64,000 bases of DNA from Raillietiella orientalis (taxonomy: Eukaryota): positions 62,001 through 126,000 of the forward strand of contig JAYWIR010000093.1 in NCBI GenBank assembly GCA_036172245.1, written 5' to 3'. A program made the translations under genes and the position numbers. The notes under the pieces were generated by a model. That model saw nothing but the letters and a program-made list of their open reading frames with translations. It ran no database searches and had not been told where the DNA came from. Below, one piece after another: positions 11,404 to 21,900 of the stretch. The number at the start of each line of letters is the position of its first letter. The first letter of the stretch is position 1.

Positions 11404-14400
11404 TCACCGCGTTGGCCGCTGCTGAGGGTGTGTAAACCGGCGGTGTATTGCGGCGAGATTCCTTTTTGTCTCCTCTGTCAAATGAGGCCATCTAGCGGAT
11501 GCTCCTATGTTGAAGGATGCTTTGCTGATTACCTCTTGGTGCTGTCCGTTGATTACCAGCGCCTGGCGGACGGAAACTATCGCGCGTATGCAACCGATGG
11601 TTGCAATCCTTGCGCTTAGTGACAGCCCGCACGGCGTGAAGAATCGTCGCAGCAAGTCTCTTGCGGTGTCCACGGGATGCATTAGTGCTGTTGCCATCCT
11701 ATGATACAGTCCTTGTAGGACACCGCAGTCCAGAAGTAGGTGCGGAATCGACTCCGTCGATCCGCACCGAACGCAGTTCGCAGACGCAAGTCCCCCGGAG
11801 TCACGATGCCAACGCTCGTTGCACTGAAAACCCCAGTGAACGAAAAGCAGCACGGCTTGTTTCCAAGCAAGGGGGAGCAGCGAACTGTCCATACACTGTG
11901 GAGGGACTACAAGTTCTTCGGGGGTGACAGCAAGTTCTTCTGCCCACCGGAGGAGTCCCTTTGCAGTAACACGAGGAGTGGCGGCGTCCGCCAACTCACT
12001 TGTCTTCTAGGTGCCAAGGAGTTTGGTTCTTCCCGCTATCGTGCGGGAAACCTCCCACCTCGCCGGTTGGTAACTGTCGTTTTTTGCCCTGAGGGCAGAC
12101 AGCGCTGCGGCAAGAGGCGTGGCAGCCAGGGTAGAAAACTTCACCTCGTCCTGCAGTACTTCTTCCAAGGATCGTGGAAAAAATTTGCGCAGGGGGCGAA
12201 GATCTTCAGGGCGTATTCCTTGGAACGCCGCCCAGGATTCAACAGACTCCTGCCGCCAAGCTTCAAAGTTCATTGGGCGGCAGGAGATCCAAGAGTGTGC
12301 TTCCAGAAGTGCGGTCAACTGCCGCAATGGAAACCCGAAACCCCGCTTCCTGTATTGAGTGCCCGGCAAAAGCGAGAGAAATTCTCCGCTGCCGGCGCAT
12401 CTCCGCAGGAGAATGCGGGCTGGCACACACAGGGGGGATGTCCATAGCTGGGCACACAGTGCCAGCAGTCGGAACTGCACCTGCAGTCCGATTCGCTCCA
12501 GTGTCAGGATACCCAAACCAGCATCCCGACGCGGAGCTGACAAATCTTTAAGGCGGATCCTGGATCTCGCCGGACCCCAGAGAGCGTTCCTGAGCAGGCG
12601 CTTAGTCCGCTGTTTTGCCGCATAGGGGGGGTCCAAAACAAAAAACAGGGGACGGAGGAGGGGGGCCACAAAGGTGTTCCATATAGTCGCCCGTTCCTGC
12701 AAGGTAAACTTGCCGTTAAAGAACGAGCTGATGGCCAACTCTGCTTTCTGAAGACAGTCCGCCCACGCTTCGGCTGCGCCGAAAGCGCTCAACGGAACGC
12801 CAAGGTACTTAAAGTACCCGCCCGTGGGGATCCCCAGGCGGATTCAGTCGGACTGCCCCTCCCACGACGTACCCACAGGAACGACCACGCTCTTCTCTCT
12901 GTTCACGCTCACGCCCGCTCCCCGACGAATCAGGTCGAAGAAATCCTCGACACTGGACGCCGGGGTGGACATGGGGAGCAGAAGAAGCAGGTCATCAGCG
13001 TAGGCGGCCACGGCAGGCGTTCCCGGGCAGGAGCTTGGCAAGTGAGACAGCGTCAGCCTGTATGCTCTTAGCATTAACTCAAAGAAGATGCTGAAGAGCA
13101 ACGGGCTTAAGCTGTCGCCCTGTCGGATGCCCCTACGAACGGGAATATCATACACGCGGCAGCCGCTAAAAGTGATGCAGGTTAGCGCGTGGCGCCAGCA
13201 CGCGCGCAAATACAGCAGGAGTTGCGCCGGGAACCCAAGGCGTTCCATAAGCTCCAAAAGCAGCTTCTGGTTTACGCAGTCGAACGCCTTGTGGGGATCG
13301 ACCGCGACCGCCAAGGCACCTGGCGTTCCCTCCTGCCGTCGGCGCCGGTTCTTTTTGCCTGCGGCAGTGACTTTCGCAGCAGCCTGGCTTTGCTGCGCCA
13401 CAACTTCCTGCAGCTGCATCCATGTACGCGCGAAAAGGATGTTCGCCTCCATGGATCGTCCCGGAACCGCGTAGGATTGTTCCGGGCTCACCACAGATTC
13501 CGCGATTCTTCCTAACCGCGCGACCCACAGCTTGGAAAACAACTTGACGTCCGAGTTCACCAAGGTGATCAAACGTTAGTTGTTAAGTTGGCGCAAGTCT
13601 CCGCCTTTCGGCAGGAGACGCACCTTCGCTGAGCGGAAGGAATCAGGGACATTCCCGGATTCACTCATCAGCGTCGCGAGTTTAAGCATCAAGGGAATGA
13701 GCTCCACTGCAAAGCACTGATAAAACTCTGCAGGGAGCCCATCCTCGCCTGGCGCCTTTCGTCTCTTCAGCCCAGCGATGGCGGACGAAAATTCATCCGC
13801 CGTGAAGGGCTCGTCGAGACGTTCGCGTTCCTCCTCGCCGACAACACGAGCATCCTGAGACAGGAGTATCTCAGAAAGAATATCCTTTGTCGGGGATTCC
13901 GCGTAGAGCGAGGAGTAGTAGCGTCTCACAATGCGGCGTACTTCGGCTGGGGCCGAACATTCCTGGCCCTTGTCGTCCAACAGGCATGCTGCTCCGGACT
14001 GCCAGACCTGGCGCTCGGCCCTCGCCTTGTACTCGTCGAGACGCCCGACATCCGCGCGTCTCGAAAACGTGCGGGCCTGCAGAAAGTCTCTACTGTTGGC
14101 CACGCCCTCTCCGGAACCGCGTGGAAGCCGGTGCAAGGGGAATTGGCAGCAGAACTCGCGGACAGATCTTTTGAGATCGTCCCAGTCCGCAAGTTCTTGA
14201 ATGGCAAAGCCCCGGAGGTATCCACGTAGATGCTCCGCAGCCTCCGGTTGGCTAAGCCAATCCGCCTGCATCCTCCAGCTTTGCAACGGAGGCCCCCTGC
14301 CTGGCGGAAGGATCTCAAACTCCAACCTGTGGTGGTCAGAAAGCCTAGTCAACAATCTTCCTCTCCTACCCACACGCGAATGCAGGTTTTCATCGAGGAA

Positions 14401-14996
14401 AACGTGATCGAGCGATCTTCCCATTCCAGGTTCGCTGACCATCAAGTTGGCGGCGTGCACGGACGCGCACATCTCGATGGGCAGCGCGCGCTCCCTCGGG
14501 CGGCTCCAATCGTCGGAGAGCAGGCGGACGTTGAAGTCCCCAGCGACGAGGTGCGCCACTTGGAAGCCGGAGTTGTTGAGCCACTGGCTCTGCACCTTAC
14601 CAAAGAAAGCTACTCTTTCTTCGAGGTAGCGAGAGCCACTCGGCGCGTAGACGTTCGTAACGACGAGATCGATGGACTCGGACCACTTGATGACAAGCTG
14701 GCCTATCCGTCCGTTGTCATCGAAACGAACACTACGCACCGCTTCCGCCATTTTTCTCTCACGAGGAACGCGACGCCGCACGTGTGTGCGCCGCCGCACC
14801 GCCAATGTAGCGTTCCGCCTGCGCGCTCCTCGATTTCGGCTGCCTGCTCGTCGGAGATTACGTGAATCTCCTGCAGCAGCGCGAGGTCGAAGGGGCGCAG
14901 GGCGTTGGCTACTAATCGCCTCTTCTCGTCGTTCTGCAGTCCGTTCACGTTCCAACACGTTACGGAGAGACGACGAGAAGACGCGATTCCCCGCAT
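11404..14996 (-). pseudogene. Element E ORF2 (APE-RT-Zn finger)
   Basis: WNVNG, LQEIH, NVYAP, AGDFNV, SDH, KAPGEDG, KAFD, GIRQGDSLSP, YADD, CVRCGSTESIPH; frameshift near 14760 and Trp-position stops 13576, 12844, 12007. Confidence 0.93.
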
Positions 14997-16915
14997 TACT
15001 GCTGGGAAGGTGGCAGCTTTTTGCTCGCTTTATCCGGCGAGCAGACGGCGAGAAGCACGACTGGCTGGAGGGGACGGTCGCCACCGTCCTCTGTCGTGCT
15101 GCATGCATGTAATGCCTCCACGCCAGGCTGAACCCCGTCGGGTTTCGTGGAGACTTCGCGTTGCTTCGCGGCGAGCGTTGCCTGGCTGCCTACTATTAAT
15201 CGGTGCGCACACGCTTTCGAACGAGTTGTCCTCGTCTCGGTGATCGGAACGGCATCCATTTCGGAGTCCGACCGGCGCATGTTCGATCGGGTTTCGGCCT
15301 TCCGCGAAGCAGTGACAGGTTCTGCTGGATTGACAGCTGTCCTGTTTTCGTTTTCCGTCACCAGAGCATCGCTTTTGGTGACGGCTGCTTTCCCGGCGCG
15401 CGCGTTTTCAGCGTTCTCACGCGCAGTTGCACGAGGGACCTTTGCTGAAGTCTTCTTTACTTCATTACGGTTCCTCACTCCGCGTGGCGCCGTAAATGGA
15501 GATTGTGCTCCATGGCCATCTTTGAAGCCATCCGCGTCTTTGGACGGGAGCACTTTCGATGGCTCCGACACGCTCGTCATAGACGCTGCTTTCGGAAGGG
15601 CTTTTAATCCCTTCGTTGGCATGGCATCCGCGCCAGTCGAGAGCTTGCTCTCCGACTGCGATGGCGTGAGATTTTTCTTCGCTTTCGCGGTGTTGGATCG
15701 CGACGTGGATTTTTTTTTGCCGACTTTCGAAGTCGACACGGCACAACCCTTCTTACCCGATTTGGGCTTCTCAGCCACTGCAGGAGGTGAGGGAATGGAT
15801 CTGACGGTACTGGAAGTGTCCTTACCGCCGTTGTCCATTGGCGTCCCCGCCGGTTGCTCGAACTCCGAGAGAGCCGGGCGTGCTTGGGAAGGACAGCTAT
15901 TGCGTCTAGGGGGACTTACCATTGCCCCGGATTCCCCGCACCCTTTCTTTTGCGGCTGATCTGCCGCGAGAGGGGGTGCGCAGGGCTTCGCGTGCGAGGT
16001 TTCCTGCTGCTCTTGGGCGACATTCCGCCTCGCGTTTTTACCGAATTTCTGCCGTGGGGTCTCCAGGTTTTTCGCAAATTTTTTCTTTTTATCCGCGCTT
16101 TGTTTTTTAAAATGGAGCTCCGCGGCTGCCTTTTTTCGCAAAAGATCCGGGCAATTTTTCAATTGGTGCCCGGATAGTTTGCAATAACGGCATTTTCCGG
16201 AGGGGCATTTATCCAAACAATTCCCCTCCTTTCCGCATTGCTCGCACGTTTTTACTTTGCCAGAGAACCACAGGTGAACGACCGTGTCTTTCACCTGTAG
16301 TTTGGTGGGCAGCAGACGGCGGTCCGGCATTGTAAGCCGGACTCCAGCGACTCCGCTGTGTATGGACGGGAAGTCCTTGAGGTTGCTACGCACCCTCCAC
16401 AGCGCATGGACCGTGGCGAATTTCGCCAACGCGTTCCGAATATCAGTATCGGAGATTTCCGACTCTATGTCGAAAATCTCCACCACAAATGAGTCGTCCA
16501 TGGCGGCCGGGAAGACCTTCTGGCCACGGATCGACAACGGGGTGTGCAGCAAGCGTTGCACAAGTGCAGCGTCTTTGCAACGCACCTTGAAATAGCCCAT
16601 GTCTTTTACGGGCATAATGGCGAGAAGGTCCTCCTCCCGCACGCCAACACGGGTCAGTTCATCGTTGAACTGATTCCCGTCGCGCGCAGAAAGAAAACCA
16701 CTCACCTTATATCGGAGAGCAGGTCTATAGCCTTGGGCTACGTATGCCCGCAACTCCGACTCGTCGAGTGGTTTCCCTTTGACGGCTGCTGTGGCAGCAA
16801 CGTCAGCAAATCTCTCCATTGGCGAGAAAGACGAAGTGGAGGCGGCCGTCGGTTCCGCGATTGCAGATCCGGATGCTGTTCCTCCAACTTCAGTAGCTTC
16901 AAGTTGGGTCGACAT
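14996..16915 (-). CDS. Element E ORF1, gag-like nucleic-acid-binding protein (two zinc knuckles, long K/S/A-rich tail); uninterrupted
   Basis: Open frame from ATG 16915 to TAA overlapping ORF2 ATG; CEQCGKEGNCLDKC and CRYCKLSGHQLKNC. Confidence 0.85.
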   Translation of the reverse strand: MSTQLEATEVGGTASGSAIAEPTAASTSSFSPMERFADVAATAAVKGKPLDESELRAYVAQGYRPALRYKVSGFLSARDGNQFNDELTRVGVREEDLLAIMPVKDMGYFKVRCKDAALVQRLLHTPLSIRGQKVFPAAMDDSFVVEIFDIESEISDTDIRNALAKFATVHALWRVRSNLKDFPSIHSGVAGVRLTMPDRRLLPTKLQVKDTVVHLWFSGKVKTCEQCGKEGNCLDKCPSGKCRYCKLSGHQLKNCPDLLRKKAAAELHFKKQSADKKKKFAKNLETPRQKFGKNARRNVAQEQQETSHAKPCAPPLAADQPQKKGCGESGAMVSPPRRNSCPSQARPALSEFEQPAGTPMDNGGKDTSSTVRSIPSPPAVAEKPKSGKKGCAVSTSKVGKKKSTSRSNTAKAKKNLTPSQSESKLSTGADAMPTKGLKALPKAASMTSVSEPSKVLPSKDADGFKDGHGAQSPFTAPRGVRNRNEVKKTSAKVPRATARENAENARAGKAAVTKSDALVTENENRTAVNPAEPVTASRKAETRSNMRRSDSEMDAVPITETRTTRSKACAHRLIVGSQATLAAKQREVSTKPDGVQPGVEALHACSTTEDGGDRPLQPVVLLAVCSPDKASKKLPPSQQ

Positions 16916-16993
16916 CGTCGTCAAAATGTACGACGCCAAGATGAAGCGGATGAAAGCACGGAGACGAGAGCGAAGAAAAACACGTCCGCACTC

Positions 16994-17465
16994 GATCGAA
17001 ATCTCCCGCTATCAGGTGAGCCTTCCGCACGTTCGTGTTCGCAAGCCAGTCGCGATTCAGAGATTCAAGCAACCTGCTACGGTGGCTGTATCCATTTTCA
17101 CCGTTTGGGGCGTACACATTCGTGACGATCAGATCGATCGAGTCGGACCAGCCGAGAATCAGCTGACCGACCCGACCGTCCTCATCAGAGCGCACGCCCT
17201 TCACGGCAGCGTCGATGGCCGGCTTCACGAAGAAAGCGACCCCGCAGGTGTAGCGGATGCCGCATTGCCAGTTCAGCCGACCCCCTGCGATCGTCTCGAT
17301 CTCCTGGACGTCCGCCGCGTTGATCACATGGATCTCCTGCAACAGGGCCAGGTCGAACTCCCGCAGGGTGTCGGCTGTATCTCGCCTGTTACCGTCGGCG
17401 CGCAGCCCGTTGACATTCCAACAGGCGGCGCGAATCCGACGGTGACTGGCGAGCCCAGGTGTCAC
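16994..17465 (-). pseudogene. Element D ORF2, N-terminal endonuclease half
   Basis: CWNVNG, LLQEIH, TNVYAP, HLIAGDF, cut by E. Confidence 0.9.
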
Positions 17466-19212
17466 TCCTGAGAAGGTGGCAATGCGGCGTCCGCCACCTG
17501 CTGGGGCGGGACGCTATGTGGAGGAGGTGGGTCGGTTGCTGAAGGCACCTGGTCCCTTTCGTCCATAGGTAACGGCGCGTCTAGCGGGTCACCCACAGGT
17601 GGGGTCGCGCCTACCTGTTCGTCCTCCTCCATGGAGGCGGGCTGTTCAGGGTCGGCGCCTGCAGGGGGGACTTCACCCCCTGTTCACCCTCCTCCATGGG
17701 GGTGGCCGCATCGACGGCTTCCGAGCGTGGGAATTCCTCCTCCGAATTTCCCAAGCTGGCGACGGCTTCCGTCTTCTCCTCCTCGCTGGTGGAGGGGAGG
17801 CGCCTCCTGGGCTTCTGGGACTTGCGTCCCGACTTCCTGGGGGGTGCCTCCGAGGAGGAGGATGTGCTTCCGGCCCCCAGGTCTAACTCACCTTTGGGGG
17901 CCTTCCTCGCCGGAGCCGGCCTTCGCACGGCCTTGCGCGAGGGGTTCTCACGCTCGGCCAGCGTGACCGCGAGCTCCTCCGCCGCCTGCGCGAACGCGGC
18001 GTCCGCGGTTTCGACCGCCGCTATGTCGCGCGGCTCACCCTCTGTGTAAACAGAGGGTTCGCCGTCGCGAGCCTCGGGCGCAGCGGAAACGGCAAGGGGA
18101 GGATCGACGCTCCGGGTGGCAATCTCGGGAACGACGATTCGTTCCAGTGCCACCGTGCACTGGCGCAAAGTTTTCGAGCACGGACCGGGTTTTTTCGGCT
18201 TACCGGCCGTCTTGCGCTCTTTGCTCTCCGCGGGTGGGAGTTTCCTCGGCTTTCTGGCCTCTACAAGCTTCCATCCCTCTTCGCCTTCCACCGTTTCAGA
18301 AGGTTTATCCTCCGGCTTACGCTCCGGAGGTTGAGGTGTTGACAGCTTGTGCTGGCCCTTTTCTACTTTAGGTCTAGAGACCTTTGAAGCACGTTTCCCC
18401 TGCGCTTTTTTCGCGGCAGGGGGAACCGGGGTGGGGCGTTTGGGACACACGCGCCGAACGTGGCCCCGCTCCTTGCACAAATGGCATTGTATATTGGGAC
18501 ACCTTTTACGTAGGTGTCCCACGGTATCACAATGCCCGCAATACCGGGGCTTCCCTACATACCACAGGTCGACGTTTTCTTGCGCCACCTGTAGTTTGTG
18601 GGGAAGCCCACAATTCTCCCGTACGGTGACCCGCGCTGCAGACTGCCCACCAAAAAGGCTATCGAAGCCGTCGAAAATGGAGGGTTTCGGCCACAGTGCG
18701 TGCACCTCACCGTATTTTTGTAATTCCTCACCAACCGCTGACCGCGTCATGCGGCTGGTGATGCCAGTCATGTGGACCACCACGGAGTGGTCCATAGATA
18801 CTGGCAGGATCTTGCGGCCGTCTACGTTCAGCGGCGCATGGATAAGGCGGTGAGCCAAGGTGACATCTTTGCAGACCACCTCGACCCGCTGCCCACCGCT
18901 GAGGACGGAGAGGCCGTCCAGATCCTTCTCTGTAACATTCGCGTCCTTCAACGCTTTGCTGAAGGCGCGCGCTGTCCGGCCGTCGAACAAGTTGCCTACC
19001 TGGTAGACAAGCGATGGCTTGTACCCGGAGGCCTTGTATGCGGCCATTTCCGCCATGGCTTCTGCGCTGGGCGCGGCCAACATGGCGCTCCATGTCCTCG
19101 GCGTGGCTGGGGATGATTCCGGGGCGGCTGCCCCTGCTCCAGTAGGCTGTGGGGGCGAACTAGCCTCCCCCACTCCCACCTCCATCGCGGTGTCCTCTGG
19201 CGTCGTGGCCAT
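17466..19212 (-). pseudogene. Element D ORF1 (two CCHC knuckles)
   Basis: ATG 19212 (MATTPED); CGHCDTVGHLRKRC, CHLCKERGHVRRVC; stop at 17611, about 150 bp before the ORF2 start. Confidence 0.88.
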
Positions 19213-19311
19213 TGGATACCGACGATGTACACAAAACACCACACAGAAGAAAAAGCGCTTTCCTACTACTCTTTGGGGAGTGAAGGAAAAACACGTCCTC
19301 CTACTGGCCGC

Positions 19312-20597
19312 GTAGGGTTCTGGCTGCAACGAGGCTGCCAGCTCCTCCGCGGCTCGCGCGAAGGCTACGTCATCGATGGTGGTGTCGATGACGGACTCTG
19401 CCGCCGGCTCGCTCCCCTCGCTGTTGGCAGAGTCAACAGAGGGGAGGTCGTCGGTAGCGGCGAGTTGTTTTTCGCAGCTGTCGGGAATACGCTTCACGAC
19501 AACGCTGCATTCTTTTATCTGCTCGCTTGCCTGCTGTTTTTTCTGGCGGTACGCGAGCTCTTCCTCTAATCTCCTCTCCTTCTTTGAGTTTTTGGCCGTT
19601 GCCAATTGCCAGCCAGTATCCTGGCCGGCTCTCTCAACTTTTTCGGCGTTGGTCGCCGGGATATCGGGTGCGGCCTGGGTCTTGGGCGCGGTTGGCACAG
19701 CCTACGCGGCAGCTTTCTCCACCAGCCTTTTCTGCAGAAGCCGGGCACGTTTTTTAAGGTTTCTCTTGGAAACCACCAGCACTGCTGCTTTAGGGCACAC
19801 CTCCCTCGTGTGAGCCATTGTGTTGCATACTTGGCACTGCACGTTGGGACACCTCTTTTTGAGGTGGCCCGACGTATTGCAGAAGCCGCAGTATTTCGGC
19901 TTCCCCACATACCAGAGGTCGACGGTTTCGCCTTCGACCACCAGTTTGTGGGGAAGAGTGCAGCCCTCCCGAACGGTCACGCGCGCAGCAGTGAGGCCGT
20001 GTTGCAGCCCCGTGTAGTCCTCGAAAGGACTTACTTTCGTCCACTGCGCGTGGACCGTTCCGAACTGTTCCAGAGCGGCGCGAACCTGTTCTTTGCGCAT
20101 TCGCGCGGTTACGCCTAACAGGTGGACCACCATGCTGCGGTCCGCCGTAGTGGGGAGGAGCCTGCGCGTCCCCATCACAACGGGGGTTTTTAGCAGTCGT
20201 TGGGCCAGCTCTGCATGTTTCAAATGACCTCAACGTACTGACCCCCGCCTCGGATGGTCATAGCGCTGAGCTCCTCCTCTTTCACATCGAGAGCGCGCAT
20301 GCCCTTCGAGAAGGCGCGCGCGCTCTCTGAAGAATATAAATTGCCTACTTTGTATAACAATGAGGGGTTGTACCCCTCCTCTACATAGGCCGACAATTCC
20401 GCCGCGGCTGCAGGCGATGGCGCCGACACAACGGCGCTCCACGCCCGCGCTGCAGCGGGGACCGATTCTGTGGGGGCGGATGCCCCCACCTTAATCGCCT
20501 CCGGGGGCGACGTTGCCGCCGCCCCCTGGCTCTCCATCGCCTCTGGGGGCGGCGTTGCCGCTGCCCCCTGGCCATCCCTGGTGGTCGCGTCAGGCAT
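19312..20597 (-). pseudogene. Element C ORF1, N-terminal part (continues at 7354-7736)
   Basis: CGFCNTSGHLKKRC, CQVCNTMAHTREVC; frameshift ~20221 and stop 19702 relative to B. Confidence 0.88.
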
Positions 20598-20693
20598 GGC
20601 TGCCTGATCGACCACCGAACCACACGACGCTTGCACTGGGGGAGACTTCCTGGCACGAGGAGCACCGAGAAAACACGTCCACCCTGGAGCACG

Positions 20694-20793
20694 CAAGGCG
20701 TTCGATTGCGTGGACCAGGTTCTCTTCTAGGAGCTTCTGGGACGCGTGGGCTTCCCTCTCTCCCTGATAACTTGTTTGCGCTCATGCTGGCGC
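20694..20793 (+). pseudogene. Short RT fragment of a related LINE: the target into which B and C inserted (first 14 bp are the right TSD)
   Basis: Translates KAFDCVDQVLF*ELLGRVGFPLSLITCLRSCWR, homologous to RT of A/C/D/E. Confidence 0.85.
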
Positions 20794-21900
20794 ACTTCGA
20801 TGATATTCCTCCGTCTTATTGAGCTTCAGTCAGTCCCTTGGCAGAAGCCACGCTGACGAGGGGGGGCCCTTGTCGCGCGGATGCTTTTCGAACACGATCC
20901 GGCCATGTTCCGACACCTCAGGCGGTCACCTTCAGCGCCTGCTTACGCAAGAGCAAAGGTGCTGGTCAAGGAACACGTGATCGATGCTGTGTTCCTTGGC
21001 CGTATCTCCGGCCAACAAGTTGCGCGTGTGCATTGCTGCACACAACTCGTTGAGGCGGTCGTTGAGCGTATCCGGCGCATTTGGCAGCAGGCGCAGGTTG
21101 CTATCACCTGCGATCAGGTGCGCTCTGCTGACGCCGGCTCCGGTCAGCCAATCGCGTCTCAGGTCAAGGTAGAACTCTTTTCTTGCCTTTTCTATCGACG
21201 CGGAGTTTCCGCTAGGAGCGTACAGGTTGGTGACGATCAGGTCGATAGAGTTGGGCCAGCTGAGAGTCAGCTGACCGACTCGACCGGCGTCATCGAACTG
21301 TTCGTCCTTTATTGCGGACTCGATAGCTGGCTCATGTAGGAAGGCCACACCGCTTGATTTCGCCGTGCCGCTGCCCAACAGCAGCCGTCCACCCCAGATC
21401 CGTTCGAAATCCTGGGCTTGATCTTCGGACATCGCGTGGTTCTCCTGCAGCAGCACCAGGTCGAACGATGCCAGGGTGGCGGCTACGTCACGCCTCTTGC
21501 CGTCGTCGCTCATTCCTTTGACGTTCCAACAGGAGATAAGCAAACGACGCCGACAGGCGATTTCCGGCATTATGGTTGGTAAAGTGTAGTTGCGTCACCT
21601 GCCGCGGGGCAGTTGTTGGGGATGTCCCTAAGGACGAAGGCCTCTTCAGGCTCCTGGGGCACCTGTGCGACCTCCATCACCTTCATCCCCTTCGTCTCCG
21701 AAAGTTGTGTTCTCTCGGGCGATGTGTCCGGGGTTTCCCACGCTCATCGCTCCCTTGCTACCGGAAGCCATCTGATCTCAGCATCCTCTCGTCCGACCTG
21801 TTTTTTTTCCGACTTGGGCGTCTCTCGCCCCGTAGAGGCGGCGGGCTACGTGCACAGCTTCCGGCGCGACTCCCTTGCGCTCGGAGCGCGAGCTCGAGTC
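20794..21900 (-). mobile_element. Element F: LINE fragment (ORF1 C-terminus, TAATG, endonuclease domain)
   Basis: CWNVKG, LLQENH, NLYAP, HLIAGDSN, SIDHV; CATTA at 21568-21572; right boundary approximate. Confidence 0.85.

Larger units (their letters stand above)
11091..16993 (-). mobile_element. Element E: full-length ~5.9 kb LINE, innermost of the C/D/E nest; ORF2 resembles A
   Basis: 5' motif 16976-16987, open ORF1, TAATG overlap, ORF2 with intact YADD, 3' hairpin 11090-11120, TSD. Confidence 0.93.
7737..19311 (-). mobile_element. Element D: full-length LINE nested in C ORF1 (7737-11090 plus 16994-19311), carrying E
   Basis: 3' hairpin 7737-7767; 5' motif 19287-19298; candidate degenerate 8-bp TSD GGAGGTTT (7732-7739) / GTAGGGTT (19312-19319); endonuclease halves rejoin at AGDF/NLR. 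Confidence 0.88.
3555..20693 (-). mobile_element. Element C: full-length L1/Tx1-like LINE (3555-7736 plus 19312-20693) carrying nested D and E
   Basis: Perfect 14-bp TSD; ORF1 halves rejoin in frame (LAASLQPEP/SKAGKKAVRRP) when D is removed; complete ORF2. Confidence 0.9.

Noticed and set aside
13576..15108. 510-aa ORF with a novel N-terminus
   Set aside because: True ORF2 starts at 14996 in another frame; a frameshift near 14760 creates the apparent extension.
17611..19698. 695-aa ORF as a single gene
   Set aside because: Chance in-frame chimera of C ORF1, D 5' UTR and D ORF1 across the insertion junction at ~19311.
1..21900. Prokaryotic RT system (retron, group II intron, DGR, CRISPR-RT)
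   Set aside because: RTs are fused to APE endonuclease with CCHC ORF1 and TSDs; no operons or CRISPR repeats.
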